A DNA stretch of 64,000 nt. Source: Mytilus trossulus (Eukaryota). How positions within the stretch are numbered: position 1 is the first letter of the stretch; each line of letters opens with the position of its first letter. The stretch spans positions 23,994,001 through 24,058,000 of the forward strand of contig NC_086382.1 of NCBI RefSeq assembly GCF_036588685.1. The letters run 5' to 3'. Shown here one piece after another: positions 50,101 to 61,968 of this stretch. Under the pieces are notes generated by a model. It was given only the letters and a program-made list of their open reading frames with translations, was not told the origin of the DNA and did no database searches. Made by a program: the position numbers and the translations under genes.

Positions 50101-53100
50101 AATGTTTGTTATTCTTTAACTAGTGAGGGCCTTGATGAATGTTTACTGCAGAATAAATTTTATCCCTTGAAATATTTTTTTTTTTAACAGAAGTGTTATA
50201 ATCTCGAGAGGAATGGAGAATTTGTTTAAAATTCATTTCTCTAGAAACATAATGAATTATGTGGTTCATTCTTTAAAAGGCAGATATTCTTATATTCCTA
50301 GAGAGCAGAGATTATGCCTTAAATGTAAAACATTAGAAAATGGAAAACATTCTATATTAGATTGTAAATTAAATATGGAACTAAGAAACAACTTTTTTAA
50401 CCGTTTGGATTTTAATTTTTCTGTTAAAAGTTTATCTAATGAAAAAAAGTTGAATTTTATAATCAATTCGTCAACATCATCACAAGTTAATAAATTTGGG
50501 TCCTAAAACAAAAGGTCACTAGAACTGAGGACAGGGGACACTGAAATATTAACTGTATATGAATGAGTGTGTATATATATATGAGAATTATAATTAAACT
50601 GTTATAGTTTTTTTTACTAATTTTGTATGTCACAAACTTAATGTTTTAAAAAAAGTTTATATGCTAATAAATATTTGAAATTCTTTAAACTAAAAAAACT
50701 ACCTACGTGGTTCGCAGGTATTATAATCGGCGTTGTAGTACTGCGTTGTTTCACATTCACATAAACCAGAAGCACAAGTTAGGGGCGAATAACAACTGCT
50801 TACTGATGTGGAACAAGGTTCTTTGTATCTTCCAACTGTAAAAAAAAGAAATCATGAAATAATTGTTTGGGAATGGTGAGCAAAAAGTAAAGATGGACGG
50901 GTTGTGGTACTTACCATACTTCAATTCATTCTGACAAATAGGAATTAGGGCTTTACTAGTACCTGTATATTTACCTGCTGATCGAAAAGGAAGCTTTATA
51001 GATTTATAGATAACTTAATTATTCAGGCCTGAATAGAAGAAAACGGACTACCTACATGTACGTATATGTTATATAGACATATTTCAGGAGAAGAATTATT
51101 ATACATTAAATGACCGTGATGATATATTTAAATATAAATTAATATTTGCATAAATTTAAGTTTGAAAACGCTGTTTCTAAAAAGAAGGCGGACCGATAAT
51201 GGCATGTATCTGTCGTTTAGCACACAAACTATAAAGTAATAACTTGGTCTTGATTAAAGTATACAAATTATTTTATGTTCTATTTTGACAAGACAACAAT
51301 AGTGTTATATTTCAAAATTAGTTTAGTCTGATAATTTTGCTGTAGAATTTTACACTCTTTGTATCTAAGCACTTAATAATAAATGACAGGACCTCTGATA
51401 ACGCTTTAAATTGGAGACTTTTTTTATAAATATTATACATCAGCGATATTCATACGTAGTATCAGCACTAGCTTGCAACAAGAGGTTTAAATTTCAGTTT
51501 TATAATAAACATCTATCTGTATTAATATCATATTAATTAATAAACACTTACATGTGTTACAGGTATTAGTATCTGTTTGGTAGAAGTGATTTGTTTCACA
51601 TCCACATAAACCAGAGGCACAAATAAGGGGAGAGTAACAACTGCTTACTGCTGCCGAACATGGTTCATTGTATCTTCCAACTTTAAAAAAAAAACAGTAC
51701 ATGTAAGATGTTTTAATTAGTTTTTGACAATTAAGATCTAGGTCAATTTTAAAACGAATACTTATAAAATGAAAAGGGGGCTATCCGTATTATGATATCA
51801 TTCAATTACAATTAAGTTTGAAAGATATAGAGCGGTATCAACAAACATTCATTCAATGTTGACAAGATATAATAAAAAGATCCTTAATACTTATCAAAGG
51901 TACCAGGATTATAATATTGATCTTTTTATTAGTTTAAACATATTTATTTATAGTGGATTGGGAAACAAGTTTTGCAACTTATATTAATCCCTCTCCATCT
52001 TTTTATTGCAGTGTATTATACTTTTAGCCTTCAAAATAAATAACAGAAGTTCATAAAATTCTTTGATTTGAAGCATTTGAATGAAACAAAATATATGAGA
52101 GACAGCCATAAATCCTATACATGCTATAGCAGCTATCATCAGGTGGCAATATGTATAAAAAAAAAAGGTATAAGAATTTGACTTTCTTATGTTATAGCTG
52201 TTACTTAATTTTTACTACAGCTGACCAAGATATAAGATGCATTGCAGACCAATTAGGTCTAACATGACATATGAATAACAACTCACATGATCATATAAAT
52301 AAACCTGACTGGCTGATTAAACCATACACATTGCATATTTTTTTCAATAAAATTGACATATTCTTGAAAGCTTTGCTTTATTTGAAAAATACAGAATTTT
52401 GTCATATTTCACACTTTCAACAATGATAATTAACACCTACATGTATTGCAGGTATTATGATCTGCCTTGTAGTAATTATTTGTTTCACATTCACATAAAC
52501 CAGAGGCACAAATAAGGGGAGAGTAACAGCTGCTTACTGCTGTCGAACAAGTTTCTTTGTATCTTCCATCTGAAAAAAATGTTGCATTCAGTTTTGGATA
52601 ATAATGTTTTTTTAATAACATATCACTATTTTTTTCTATAATCAAAATTGTCAATTCCTTAATAATTAAATACTGCATATATATAAAATAAAATCTATAT
52701 GAACCTTGCTTTTCTATTAAAAACAAAACTGACTTGGTAATACATTTTTATAGCATATTCGGGTTTTTTTACGCAATCTACATCATATTTGCCAGAGACA
52801 AGTGTGTAAAGTGATCAAGTTTATATATCTGAATAACAACTTACAGACCTTTAGTAATTATCCTGATAGGTTAAAAAAACAGATCTTTCTATATATTTTT
52901 TTTAAACATAAATACCTTAATTTTTTAAATACAATGTATAATTTTCGCTTGTTTAAATATCTTTGTATCGTCCTCAATTTTTTCTTGAAGGTAATAATGA
53001 ACACTTACATATGTTGCAGGTATTACTATCTGACTTATAGTAATGATGTAGTTCACACTCACACAAACCAGATTCGCAAGTCAGGGGAAGGTAACAGCTG

Positions 53101-56100
53101 CTTACTGCTGTCGAACAAGGTTCTTTGTATCTCCCAACTGTAAGTAAAAAAGTCATGATTTACAATGATGGTGAGTTATGTGTTAAGTTTTGCCTAGTTT
53201 ATAAACCCAGTCAATTAGATAATATAACATTTATTCAGCATTTTCCAAAAAGAATGTTACACTTACAAAATGGATAAAAATACAACTCTCAGAAACTAAG
53301 TATTAATTTCAACCTTTTCTTGATCGGTACTTTTGATGAAAATCATTAGAATTACAGTTTTATTGAAATTTGGCTCTAATGCACTCTTATTTAGTATGTT
53401 AATTTAAATGCGTGCATGATAGTTCCTTATGTTTTGTGCAGGCTGTGATATAGTTCTCATTTGTAATATATGACTATATAAATGGAATGTTGCCTAAAAA
53501 TGGAAGCTCAATTGTCGTACAAAACACATTAAATATCAGATGGACAAGAACTGTCATATTCTTGACTTGGTACAGGCATTTCAAATGTAGAAAATGGTAG
53601 ATTAAACCTGGTTATATAACACTTATATATATAGATCCTACAATAGTTCTATCATAAAATACTAAACTTAATTAAGTTTAACATTTTCATCATGTACAGA
53701 TAAAACCCTAATATATCAAAATAAATTGATCAACATATGTCTTGTTTCTACAAAGAATCAGACATGAACATGATTTTTTTAATTATTTATCTCAAAATGT
53801 ATTAGCTTTTATAAATGTATCATCAATTATATTTTTGACATTAAGGTGGTACCTAACACTACAGGGAGATAACTCTGTAAAGTCTTCTTAACGTTTTAAT
53901 TACGTTGTGTTGTGAAAGGAATATTAAGCTTCTCAATGATCAAAATTGGTGTTTGTCAAATTGCTATGTAACCAGTGTAATTTTTCTGACAAAACGGTTG
54001 GTTAAAAAAAATTATAAATTTTTATATTTTTGTTTAAGTGTCAAAGTAAATACTTTGACAAAATTTTATGAAAATTAAACGAGCCAAATTAATTTAAGTG
54101 AAAGTGTTGGGTACCACCTTAAAATATTTGAATAAGACAGATAACAGTAATGATACATATCAATTTACCAAAGTTTGTTTACCTTAGGATTTAGACTTCA
54201 AATGAGAATGTTCGATAGATTTCCCTTTTTTGCTAAAAATTAAATTAAAACATAATTTTTTTTCTTTCAACTATAATTAAAAACACCTACATGCATTGCA
54301 GGTATTGTCATCTGCCCTGAAGTAATGATTTGTTGCACAGTCACATAAACCAGAGGCACAACTAAGAGGAGAGTAACAACTAGTTACTGCTGCCGAACAA
54401 GGTTCTTTGTATCTTCCAACTGCAAAAGAAAAATCATGATTTCACTGTCCGATATCTCATTTAGTTTAAGATAATACACAATATTTTTCAAATAGATAAG
54501 AACATTTAAGTTTTACAGAAAATTATATTTTTTAATAACAGATTACATGCATGAAGGAACACACAGTTACTTGATATTCTCTTGAACCTTGCATTGCTAA
54601 AATTTTGTTGTAAAAGCATTTTATAATGGTCTAAATGAACATGAAGGTTTTACAACTTTTAATTGCGCATCCTGTTTTTACCATACAATATGCATGAAAG
54701 TCTTGTGTGCTTTGTGCATACAGTTCTTACACATTCGCACCTATATTTTCCAAATGTTTCAAAGTGTAGACTTAACACAATTGATTGGACGTGGTGTCAT
54801 ACTAAGAAGTATTCTACTCATATATAATATGACAATATGGAAAAAGGTGTTAATCAGTTCAAAAATGCGCGGATACACTACACATATCTATAAGCGGACC
54901 AAATAGAAATCTTGTTAGTCGTACGGAGAAGTGTGCAAAAAATATACAGTCAGGGGCATAACTAAAAATGATAAAGGGCTGCACTTCAGCGCATGATACG
55001 CCCGTTGCTCTTTTAACTTGTCTTTTATGCTTTAAATGAATTTATATGATCAACTAGAAATAGTGTGAGCCCTGTCAAATACCTCCCCCCCAATAATAAA
55101 TAAAACAGCGGGACGGACGGACGGACAACGGTATACCATAACATGTCCCATCGATGGGCGTATAATTATACTCCCTTGTAAAGTTTACTTAACAGAACTA
55201 AAATCAAACCGAATAGTAGGGAATAGTTTAACAGATTTGATCTTTTGATTAATAATAAATGTGTTGAAAGACATACGGTTGCCCATATTTGCTTATACGC
55301 ATTTCATTTAAACTTTAGTTGATAGCAATTACATTGGCAATCATACCACATCTCCCTATTTTACTATTTATCATACTGCGTTCTCTCTCAACTTTAATAG
55401 TAAACACCTACATTCGTTGCAGGTGTTTTGATCTTCCTTGTAATAAATATCTGTTCCACAACCACATAAACCAGAAGGACAAACAAGAGGAGAGTAACAA
55501 CTGTCTACTGCTGTCGCACAAGATTCTTCGTATCTTCCACCTGTAAGAAAAAGGCGATATTGATTAAATTGCTTGATGTTGCCTTTATTCTTTGATTATT
55601 TACACTCTTGTTCAAAGACATTTTAATAATTGCACAAGTTAAACATCCCTCGATAAATCGTTCATACAAAATGGGTAAATAATTTTTAATTCAACAAGAT
55701 GAAATGATTAATGTACTCCAGGCAAACTATGTCAAATATGAGAATATTACTAACAAAAGACTTGTTCAAATTACTTTTTTTGAAAGGTTGATAAAACGAT
55801 TCCGCCAAAATAATTATAAAGCAGAATGTATATCAATTTAGAAGGTATGTAGATCCTGTACAATATTCTTTTTTTTTTGACTAGATAGTAAATACATTTG
55901 TATTTGTGAAAATCTATTATTTCCAAACTTATTATCAACACCTACGTGTGTTGCAGGTATTTAGATCTGCGTTGTAGTATTCTGTTGAATCACAATCACA
56001 TAAACCAGAGGCACAGATAAGAGGAGAGTAACAACTGGTTACTGCTGTCGAACATGTTTCTTTGTATCTTCCAACTGTAAAAATAAATCATGATCTTATT

Positions 56101-58161
56101 GTTTAATATTGCATTTAGTCTTCTTATATATAAAATCTTGTCAAAGTTGATAAACTCTAAATAATTCATTCTCACCACATGAATAGAAAAACCAGTAGTA
56201 ACTTGATTTAAACTTGATTTTTGTTATAAGATTTTAAAAGAAACTACAGTTTTTAGTATGGATATTCTTTTACGAATCATAAGAAACACGGACATTTAAT
56301 TTTTTTGTGGATATAACCATAAACATGATAGATGATTTTAAAGCATGCAATTGCAAACGTTGCCGTACTTATCATTGTCTAATGCTTTAACAGTTCTGAA
56401 AAGCAAATCTGTAGACCAAATTCGAAGCTCATGTGATTAACAAATAATTTTGACAATATTAATTGTAAGCGAACAGACAAAACGATGAAGGCAGTATAGC
56501 TACACTACCGAATAGTATTAGTATACACCTAACTATACAAACATAAAGAGTCGTAAACATTAGCATTAGACACCTACGTGCGGGACAAGTATTATAATCT
56601 GCGTTGTAGTACTGCGTTGTTTCACAGTCACATACACCAGAAGCACAAACAAAGGGTGTGTAACAACTGGTTACTGCTGTGGAACATGGTTCTGAGTATC
56701 TTCCAACTGTAAGAGAAGCAATCATGATTTTAAATTTTTAAAATTGAATTCAGTTATGGATAATTATCTATTACCTTTATCAACATTTAACCCGTCAATA
56801 TACAATGAAGTTTGATCTTGCAAGCAGCGACAAAGTTTGATCCATTATCTTTAAATTTTTAAAAATAGAAAACGAAATTTGTAAGCTAAATGTTTTTTTC
56901 TGAAATTTTAAAAGAAAAAAAAAACAGATAACCTGAAGTTGCACTCGCTGTCGTACTAAGCACAGGGTTAAATATTCAATGCATTCTATACCAACGATGT
57001 TAACTATGACATGATAAGACTAATGACACAGACTTTGCCTAATATACATCATTAGTCAATAATAGTTTTCCCTTTGTTAAAAAGTTTAATAATAATGTAG
57101 CTTTAATACAAAGATGCCAAATCCGTACTATCATTTTCTATGTTTAGTTGACCGTAAAAACCCTTATTTGGTATTAAAATTAGAAAGATCACCTCATTGG
57201 GAACAGGTGTACTAAATTGATTGGATTGATTTCAACTTCATCAAAAACTACCTCCACCAAAAAATGTTACCAAAAACTTTAACCTGAAGCGGGACAGACG
57301 GACTGACAAACGAATGAATGGAAGAAAGATAGGACGGAGAAACGGACGGACGGGCAGGTGCACAGACCAGAGAACATAATGCCCATATATGGACCATTAA
57401 AATGAATTGAGAGTTTATAAAAATAATTTTCTTTCACTTTCACAAACAAGAATTTGTAACGCTTCATCCTTTTACTATTCGTAATGAATACCTACACGTG
57501 TTACAGGAATTATCATCTGTATTGTAGTAATGATTTGTTTCACATCCACATAAACTAGAAGCACAAATGAGGGGAGAGTAACAACTTGTTACTGCTGACG
57601 TACAAGGTTCTGTGTATCTTCCAACTGTAATGAAAAGCAATCATAATTTAAATACTAAATATTGCCTTTTTCTCTAAATAAGTAAAAAAAATTGCAGTCC
57701 TTTATACTAAACAATTTTGATTGTTGCAAGTTGATAATTCTTCATATCTTTTATACAAAATGAGTAAACGAGATGTATACAAAAAAAATCAACTTCAACA
57801 CAACAGAAATATCAAATGTGTGTTATCTAAATTATTTAACTATGACATATGACTAACACCACACAATCTTGAATTAACTAACACGAATAATTTATCAAAA
57901 TATTTATTAGTGATATAATTAGCATAATTCAGAAGAAAGTTGAGAATTTGACCAATAATTACATTTTGGTATTATGAAAATGTTTGTCTATCTAAAATCT
58001 GTTAGGTAAACATAAATTAAATAAACACCTACATGGGTTACAAGTATTATCATCTGTATTGAAGTAATGATTTGTTTCACATCCACATAAACTAGAAGCA
58101 CAAATAAAGGGAGAGTAACAACTGTTTACTGCTGTCGAACAAGGTTCTCTGTATCTTCCAA
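41100..58161 (-). CDS. Single-pass Cys-rich membrane protein (14 EB-like repeats, kringle, LDLa-like/stalk, TM, short tail); separate gene or short isoform of the polycystin locus
   Basis: 18 phase-consistent exons, 2372 nt, ending in TGA at 41100-41102; first exon not identified. Confidence 0.82.
41851..41947 (-). CDS. Transmembrane exon
   Basis: DSFHILMFVIGALAFLLLFIFAVCLFVVFFPR; acceptor ttttattttacag, donor gtaata; phase 1-2. Confidence 0.8.
42790..42930 (-). CDS. Truncated LDLa-like Cys motif plus S/T/Q stalk exon
   Basis: TIVQLCPEGLHRCSSGQCVADTNDCLLEIPEAQITTAVSRPQEQSS; phase 1-1. Confidence 0.75.
44661..45250. mobile_element. Kolobok-like MITE
   Basis: TTAA on both flanks; imperfect 16-bp TIR GGYGGTATRGGTGTCT. 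Confidence 0.8.
45585..45830 (-). CDS. Kringle domain exon
   Basis: C..GMEYRG..PCQRW..NYCRHPD..PWCYT..EMCDIPFC; six Cys; phase 1-1. Confidence 0.95.
46230..46358 (-). CDS. EB-like repeat exon 14
   Basis: 129 nt, phase 1-1; GTHKDLCSTSVRSCITPLICNAGICDCETTQYYNENDNTCSI. Confidence 0.88.
47349..47477 (-). CDS. EB-like repeat exon 13
   Basis: 129 nt; GRYNETCSTSVNSCYSPFICVSGLCGCATTHYYNEDFSTCKP. Confidence 0.88.
47834..47962 (-). CDS. EB-like repeat exon 12
   Basis: 129 nt; GRYKDSCSTAVSSCNSPLICNSGVCECETNLFYNEEHNTCNA. Confidence 0.88.
48189..48317 (-). CDS. EB-like repeat exon 11
   Basis: 129 nt; GRYREHCSTAVSSCYSPFVCASGLCECDTTHYYNADSNTCNT. Confidence 0.88.
49295..49570. repeat. Helentron-associated (HINE-like) repeat with GGAC microsatellite
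   Basis: Starts aacaag; related copies at ~28385-28630 and ~57110-57395, partial inverted copy at ~8900-9008. Confidence 0.65.
50250..50675 (+). mobile_element. 3' remnant of a non-LTR retrotransposon (CR1/L2-like ORF2 C-terminus)
   Basis: GRYSYIPREQRLCLKCKTLENGKHSILDC..LR, a CCHC-type tail motif; AATAAA near 50667. Confidence 0.7.
50707..50835 (-). CDS. EB-like repeat exon 10
   Basis: 129 nt, not in ORF track; GRYKEPCSTSVSSCYSPLTCASGLCECETTQYYNADYNTCEP. Confidence 0.88.
51552..51680 (-). CDS. EB-like repeat exon 9
   Basis: 129 nt, AAG acceptor; GRYNEPCSAAVSSCYSPLICASGLCGCETNHFYQTDTNTCNT. Confidence 0.85.
52441..52569 (-). CDS. EB-like repeat exon 8
   Basis: 129 nt; GRYKETCSTAVSSCYSPLICASGLCECETNNYYKADHNTCNT. 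Confidence 0.88.
53009..53137 (-). CDS. EB-like repeat exon 7
   Basis: 129 nt; GRYKEPCSTAVSSCYLPLTCESGLCECELHHYYKSDSNTCNI. Confidence 0.88.
53845..54118. mobile_element. Kolobok-like MITE
   Basis: TTAA on both flanks; TIR GGTGGTACCYAACACT. Confidence 0.85.
54291..54419 (-). CDS. EB-like repeat exon 6
   Basis: 129 nt; GRYKEPCSAAVTSCYSPLSCASGLCDCATNHYFRADDNTCNA. Confidence 0.88.
55412..55540 (-). CDS. EB-like repeat exon 5
   Basis: 129 nt; GRYEESCATAVDSCYSPLVCPSGLCGCGTDIYYKEDQNTCNE. Confidence 0.88.
55946..56074 (-). CDS. EB-like repeat exon 4
   Basis: 129 nt; GRYKETCSTAVTSCYSPLICASGLCDCDSTEYYNADLNTCNT. Confidence 0.88.
56578..56706 (-). CDS. EB-like repeat exon 3
   Basis: 129 nt; GRYSEPCSTAVTSCYTPFVCASGVCDCETTQYYNADYNTCPA. 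Confidence 0.88.
57496..57624 (-). CDS. EB-like repeat exon 2
   Basis: 129 nt; GRYTEPCTSAVTSCYSPLICASSLCGCETNHYYNTDDNSCNT. Confidence 0.88.
58033..58161 (-). CDS. EB-like repeat exon 1
   Basis: 129 nt; GRYREPCSTAVNSCYSPFICASSLCGCETNHYFNTDDNTCNP. Confidence 0.88.
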
Positions 58162-60544
58162 CTGTAAGAAAAAGAAAACAAATCATTTACACAGATATAG
58201 GAAGATGTGGTGTGAGTGCCAATGAGACAACTCTCCATCCAAGTAACATGCTTTAGTTAGTTGATGTTCCTTTAGGTTTTAATTATTTTAATTAGTTTTT
58301 ACAATAGAATTCAAGATATTAAAACATTTTAAAGATTGCACAAGTTTGTTAACACTCAATAAATCATACATACAACATGAGAAATCTTATATAAAAATAA
58401 AGATATTGATTTGGAAGAATTGCCATTTAGACAACTGTTTTCCAAAGTTGATGTGAGCAATTATTTTACGGCCTTAAACTCACTAGTAACCCTAATTTAG
58501 CTTGAACGGACAAAAACGTGTTAACGCTATTTAAATGAGATTAATTGTTATTTGATAAAGATTGACAAAAATTAAAAAATATTTTTAATTCATTTCAATT
58601 CATTTCAATTTATTTTTAAGCCAGTCAAATAGATTTCTTTGCGGTGAATCAATTGAAATCAAGTTACTGGTAATGTACGTCAAACTATTAGGCCACGCCC
58701 CCGTTAAACTATTTCAAACAAGCATCAATTCGTTTTAAACATCGTTGAGACCCGAGCTTTGTACAGGTAAATCACTCAAGCAAGACAAAATTTATTTATT
58801 TATCGTTTTTTTTTCATCAAATTTTATCGAATTCAGTCTAAGTAAAGTCGCATGCTTCACAATTGTTAACAAATGAATGAACAATAATAGATGTGACATT
58901 TAAGAAATTTAAATAAAAACATTAAAATATTGATGCACGGTTTAAGAAATGAGAATCTGTTGAAAATAAAATAGTAAACTTGCAAACTTTCAATCCATTA
59001 ATTGTTCTCATCGAGGTCCGCGTTCATGTTTCAATGCGATACGTAACATGAAAGTCCAATATTTTACAAATGTATAGACTCTACGATGTCCGAGTTCTGT
59101 CCGAAATAAATAATTGATAGCACTTATAAGACATAATGTTGGAATATTTGTCTTTTGTTGAAGTCGACACGTCTCCCTTTAGATGGCTATTGGTTATTTC
59201 CGTAGTTCGGTTGCTGTCTCATTGGCGTATATCTTACATCTCCTTTTTTTCGTGCATCACTTATTTGTCATGTGCACTGATGACTGAAAAAAATCTGATC
59301 ATATACCTCGATAGCACTGCCTGTCACGTTTCTTTTGCATCAAATAGAGCGGTTTGATTTGGATTTGAATGGGTTTTACTAAACGTCTAGTGGCAAATAT
59401 TTCACCCATAATACAGCCATTATGTCAGTGGCACATCTGACGAAAATTCAAACCACAGATTACAAATTGCGGGTTTTTTTTTCTGAAGTTTATTAACGAA
59501 TGATATGCTGCCTTATACTCTAATATCAGTTACCCATTCGTGAACGTAATGGACGTATGATGAATGAAGTTCCATGTTTTATTTTTTATATAAAATTTAA
59601 AAGGTTAAACCGGGTTGAATTATTACATTTACAAAAAAAACATCATTTTATTTTTTAAATAAATTCAACAACAATATAAGTATATTTTAAAAATTTAATT
59701 GACAGTTTATATTGACCATTATATACATATAAAGACCGATGTAGATAACTCCATTGATCTTTTTTATCGTTATATTTTTAGCACGAAATAAATACAGGAG
59801 TTAATCATATCATAGAAAAAATATCAAACAACGTTAGTTAAAACACGATTGATAAAATCTAATGGTTTATATTTCAGTTTCGAATCAGATTTTTTTAGGC
59901 ACAAGTGTTACTACTCATTTTGATAAACAGTGAGACGCTTACTTGCAATTCGGAATTGACGAAATAAAGTAGCGAAATGACCGTACTTATAGATTATACT
60001 TTTGTTTTCCATCTTAATTGTATTGTCATTTTAGGGACCGTTATAGCTTGCTGTTCAAAGAGGACCAAAGCTCCGTGTTGAGGCCGTACTTTTGACCTCT
60101 AATTAAATTATACCATGTGACTTGACGGAGAGTTGTTTCATTGGCACACATACCACATCTTCTTATTTATATCAAACGGGAGCAGTTTATTACATTTTCA
60201 TTTGGATAAAAAAAAATATAAAAATTCAGTGAATCAAATGAACTTGTAGCATATTGTTACATTCAAAAGTATTTAATTTTGATTGATAGTATACATTATT
60301 TTTATTGCATTGGTCCACAAATTATGCCCAGTGTCAAATATTACACATCGATGACCACTTAGATTAGTTACTTTAATTAAACTCATTTCCTTGGCTGGTA
60401 GTACACGCTTGTATTTTGTCCTTTAAAGTTAGTCTGTCGGTTTAATCATGGAAGTAATATTAAATATAAATGAATCACAGTTTAAGGAGAATTCTTTGTC
60501 ATTTGCAAATAGATAAAAAAAAAAAAAAAAGTATGAAAATTTGC

Positions 60545-60642
60545 TTACGACTGAATTCAGGCCAAGAGAAATATGTTTTGTTTTATTTCAGATTACGATT
60601 GAATTCAGGCCGAGAGAAATATGTTTTGTTTTATTTCAGATT
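60545..60642. repeat. 48-bp tandem duplication
   Basis: ttacgaytgaattcaggccragagaaatatgttttgttttatttcaga present twice. Confidence 0.9.
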
Positions 60643-61298
60643 ATTTAGTACATATACAAAAATATTCTTAATCTTTTACAATTTACCAATAAAATTTGAA
60701 AGTGCTTTTTTTGCACATGGTAGATGAAACCTGTATGATCTAATTTTTTCAGAGGTCTGTGAAATATTGAAAATAGTACGTTCCGGAAAACACAATTCGC
60801 TATATAAAATGCTTGTAAAATTCCGTTACATGTGGTACGCTCATATTTAAATACCTTCCTATAAGAAAGTGAAAAAAACAGTTTTTGAAATTCACCTAAA
60901 AAAGATTAAACGAATAGTTTAACTTATTTTTCAAATATCGAATACACAAATAATCTCTAATTTATCAACGCTTGAAATTTGTTTTTACTGACAGGTGTCT
61001 GCTGGTATTCGATTGGACATCAGTATCAATGTAGGCGTAACAGCCTATCATATTTATCCAATCAGCTGTCTTGTATGCGATGACATACGGTCCACTTAGT
61101 TTAGTTTTCCTTGTAATGAATTATAAATTGATTGCAATAAAAATTATTCAATACACTATAAAGCAAACAATGTCTAGCCCAAAAATGACTTACACGACGC
61201 TATACTATACATATTATACTTAATAATTATTTACAAATTAAGACAGCGTAAAAAATGAAATAATAACATTAATAATAATTACTATTTAACGGTAGAGC

Positions 61299-61968
61299 TC
61301 TGGGGTGGTGTTCTCGAAAGTCTCCTAATATTCGTCCTAAGTCATAGATAAGACCAATTGTAGGACGGACTTAAGATCAACTTTGGACACTCTTAAGTTG
61401 TGTCTCGAAGCTATCTCAGACGAATCTTATGTTAGGACGTCCTAAACATATCCTAAATCGAAATACAGATATTTGTTGATAAAACATTTTTAAATGACGA
61501 AAATATTGAATACAATTATTTACGAATTTTATAATAACATGTACAGAATAAATTGCATAATTACCAATGTAATTATATAAAAAAAAGATTGTTATTTAAA
61601 CTGGAAAACAATTTGTTTTGAAAAGAGAATTAAATTTTTAGTATAATCGTATCGTGAAACACGAAGTTCAAAGTTTAAAATCATTCACCTTTTCTTTATA
61701 TACGAGTTAATAACCGATGGTGCGTTTCATTTCATGTTAATTTTCACGTAAAATAATGAACAAAAAGCGAAATCAAAACTTTATTACACTAGGATGAAGA
61801 TAGGATGCTCTTAAGACACCTTGTTGGGTGTCCTAAAGTTAGGACGAAAAATGAGATATATCATAAATTAAGAGAGCTTCGAGAACACGACTTAGGACAA
61901 AGACTTGTCATAAGATAGACTAAGGACACGTCCTAACCCTAAGATAGCTTCGAGAACACCACCCCAGA
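61299..61968. mobile_element. MITE, PIF/Harbinger-like
   Basis: 20-bp perfect inverted ends TCTGGGGTGGTGTTCTCGAA; many internal TTAGGAC/GTCCTAA motifs; TSD unclear. Confidence 0.7.

Noticed and set aside
44657-54122. piggyBac assignment for the two TTAA-flanked MITEs
   Set aside because: Termini begin GG, not the CC/YY of piggyBac, which fits Kolobok better
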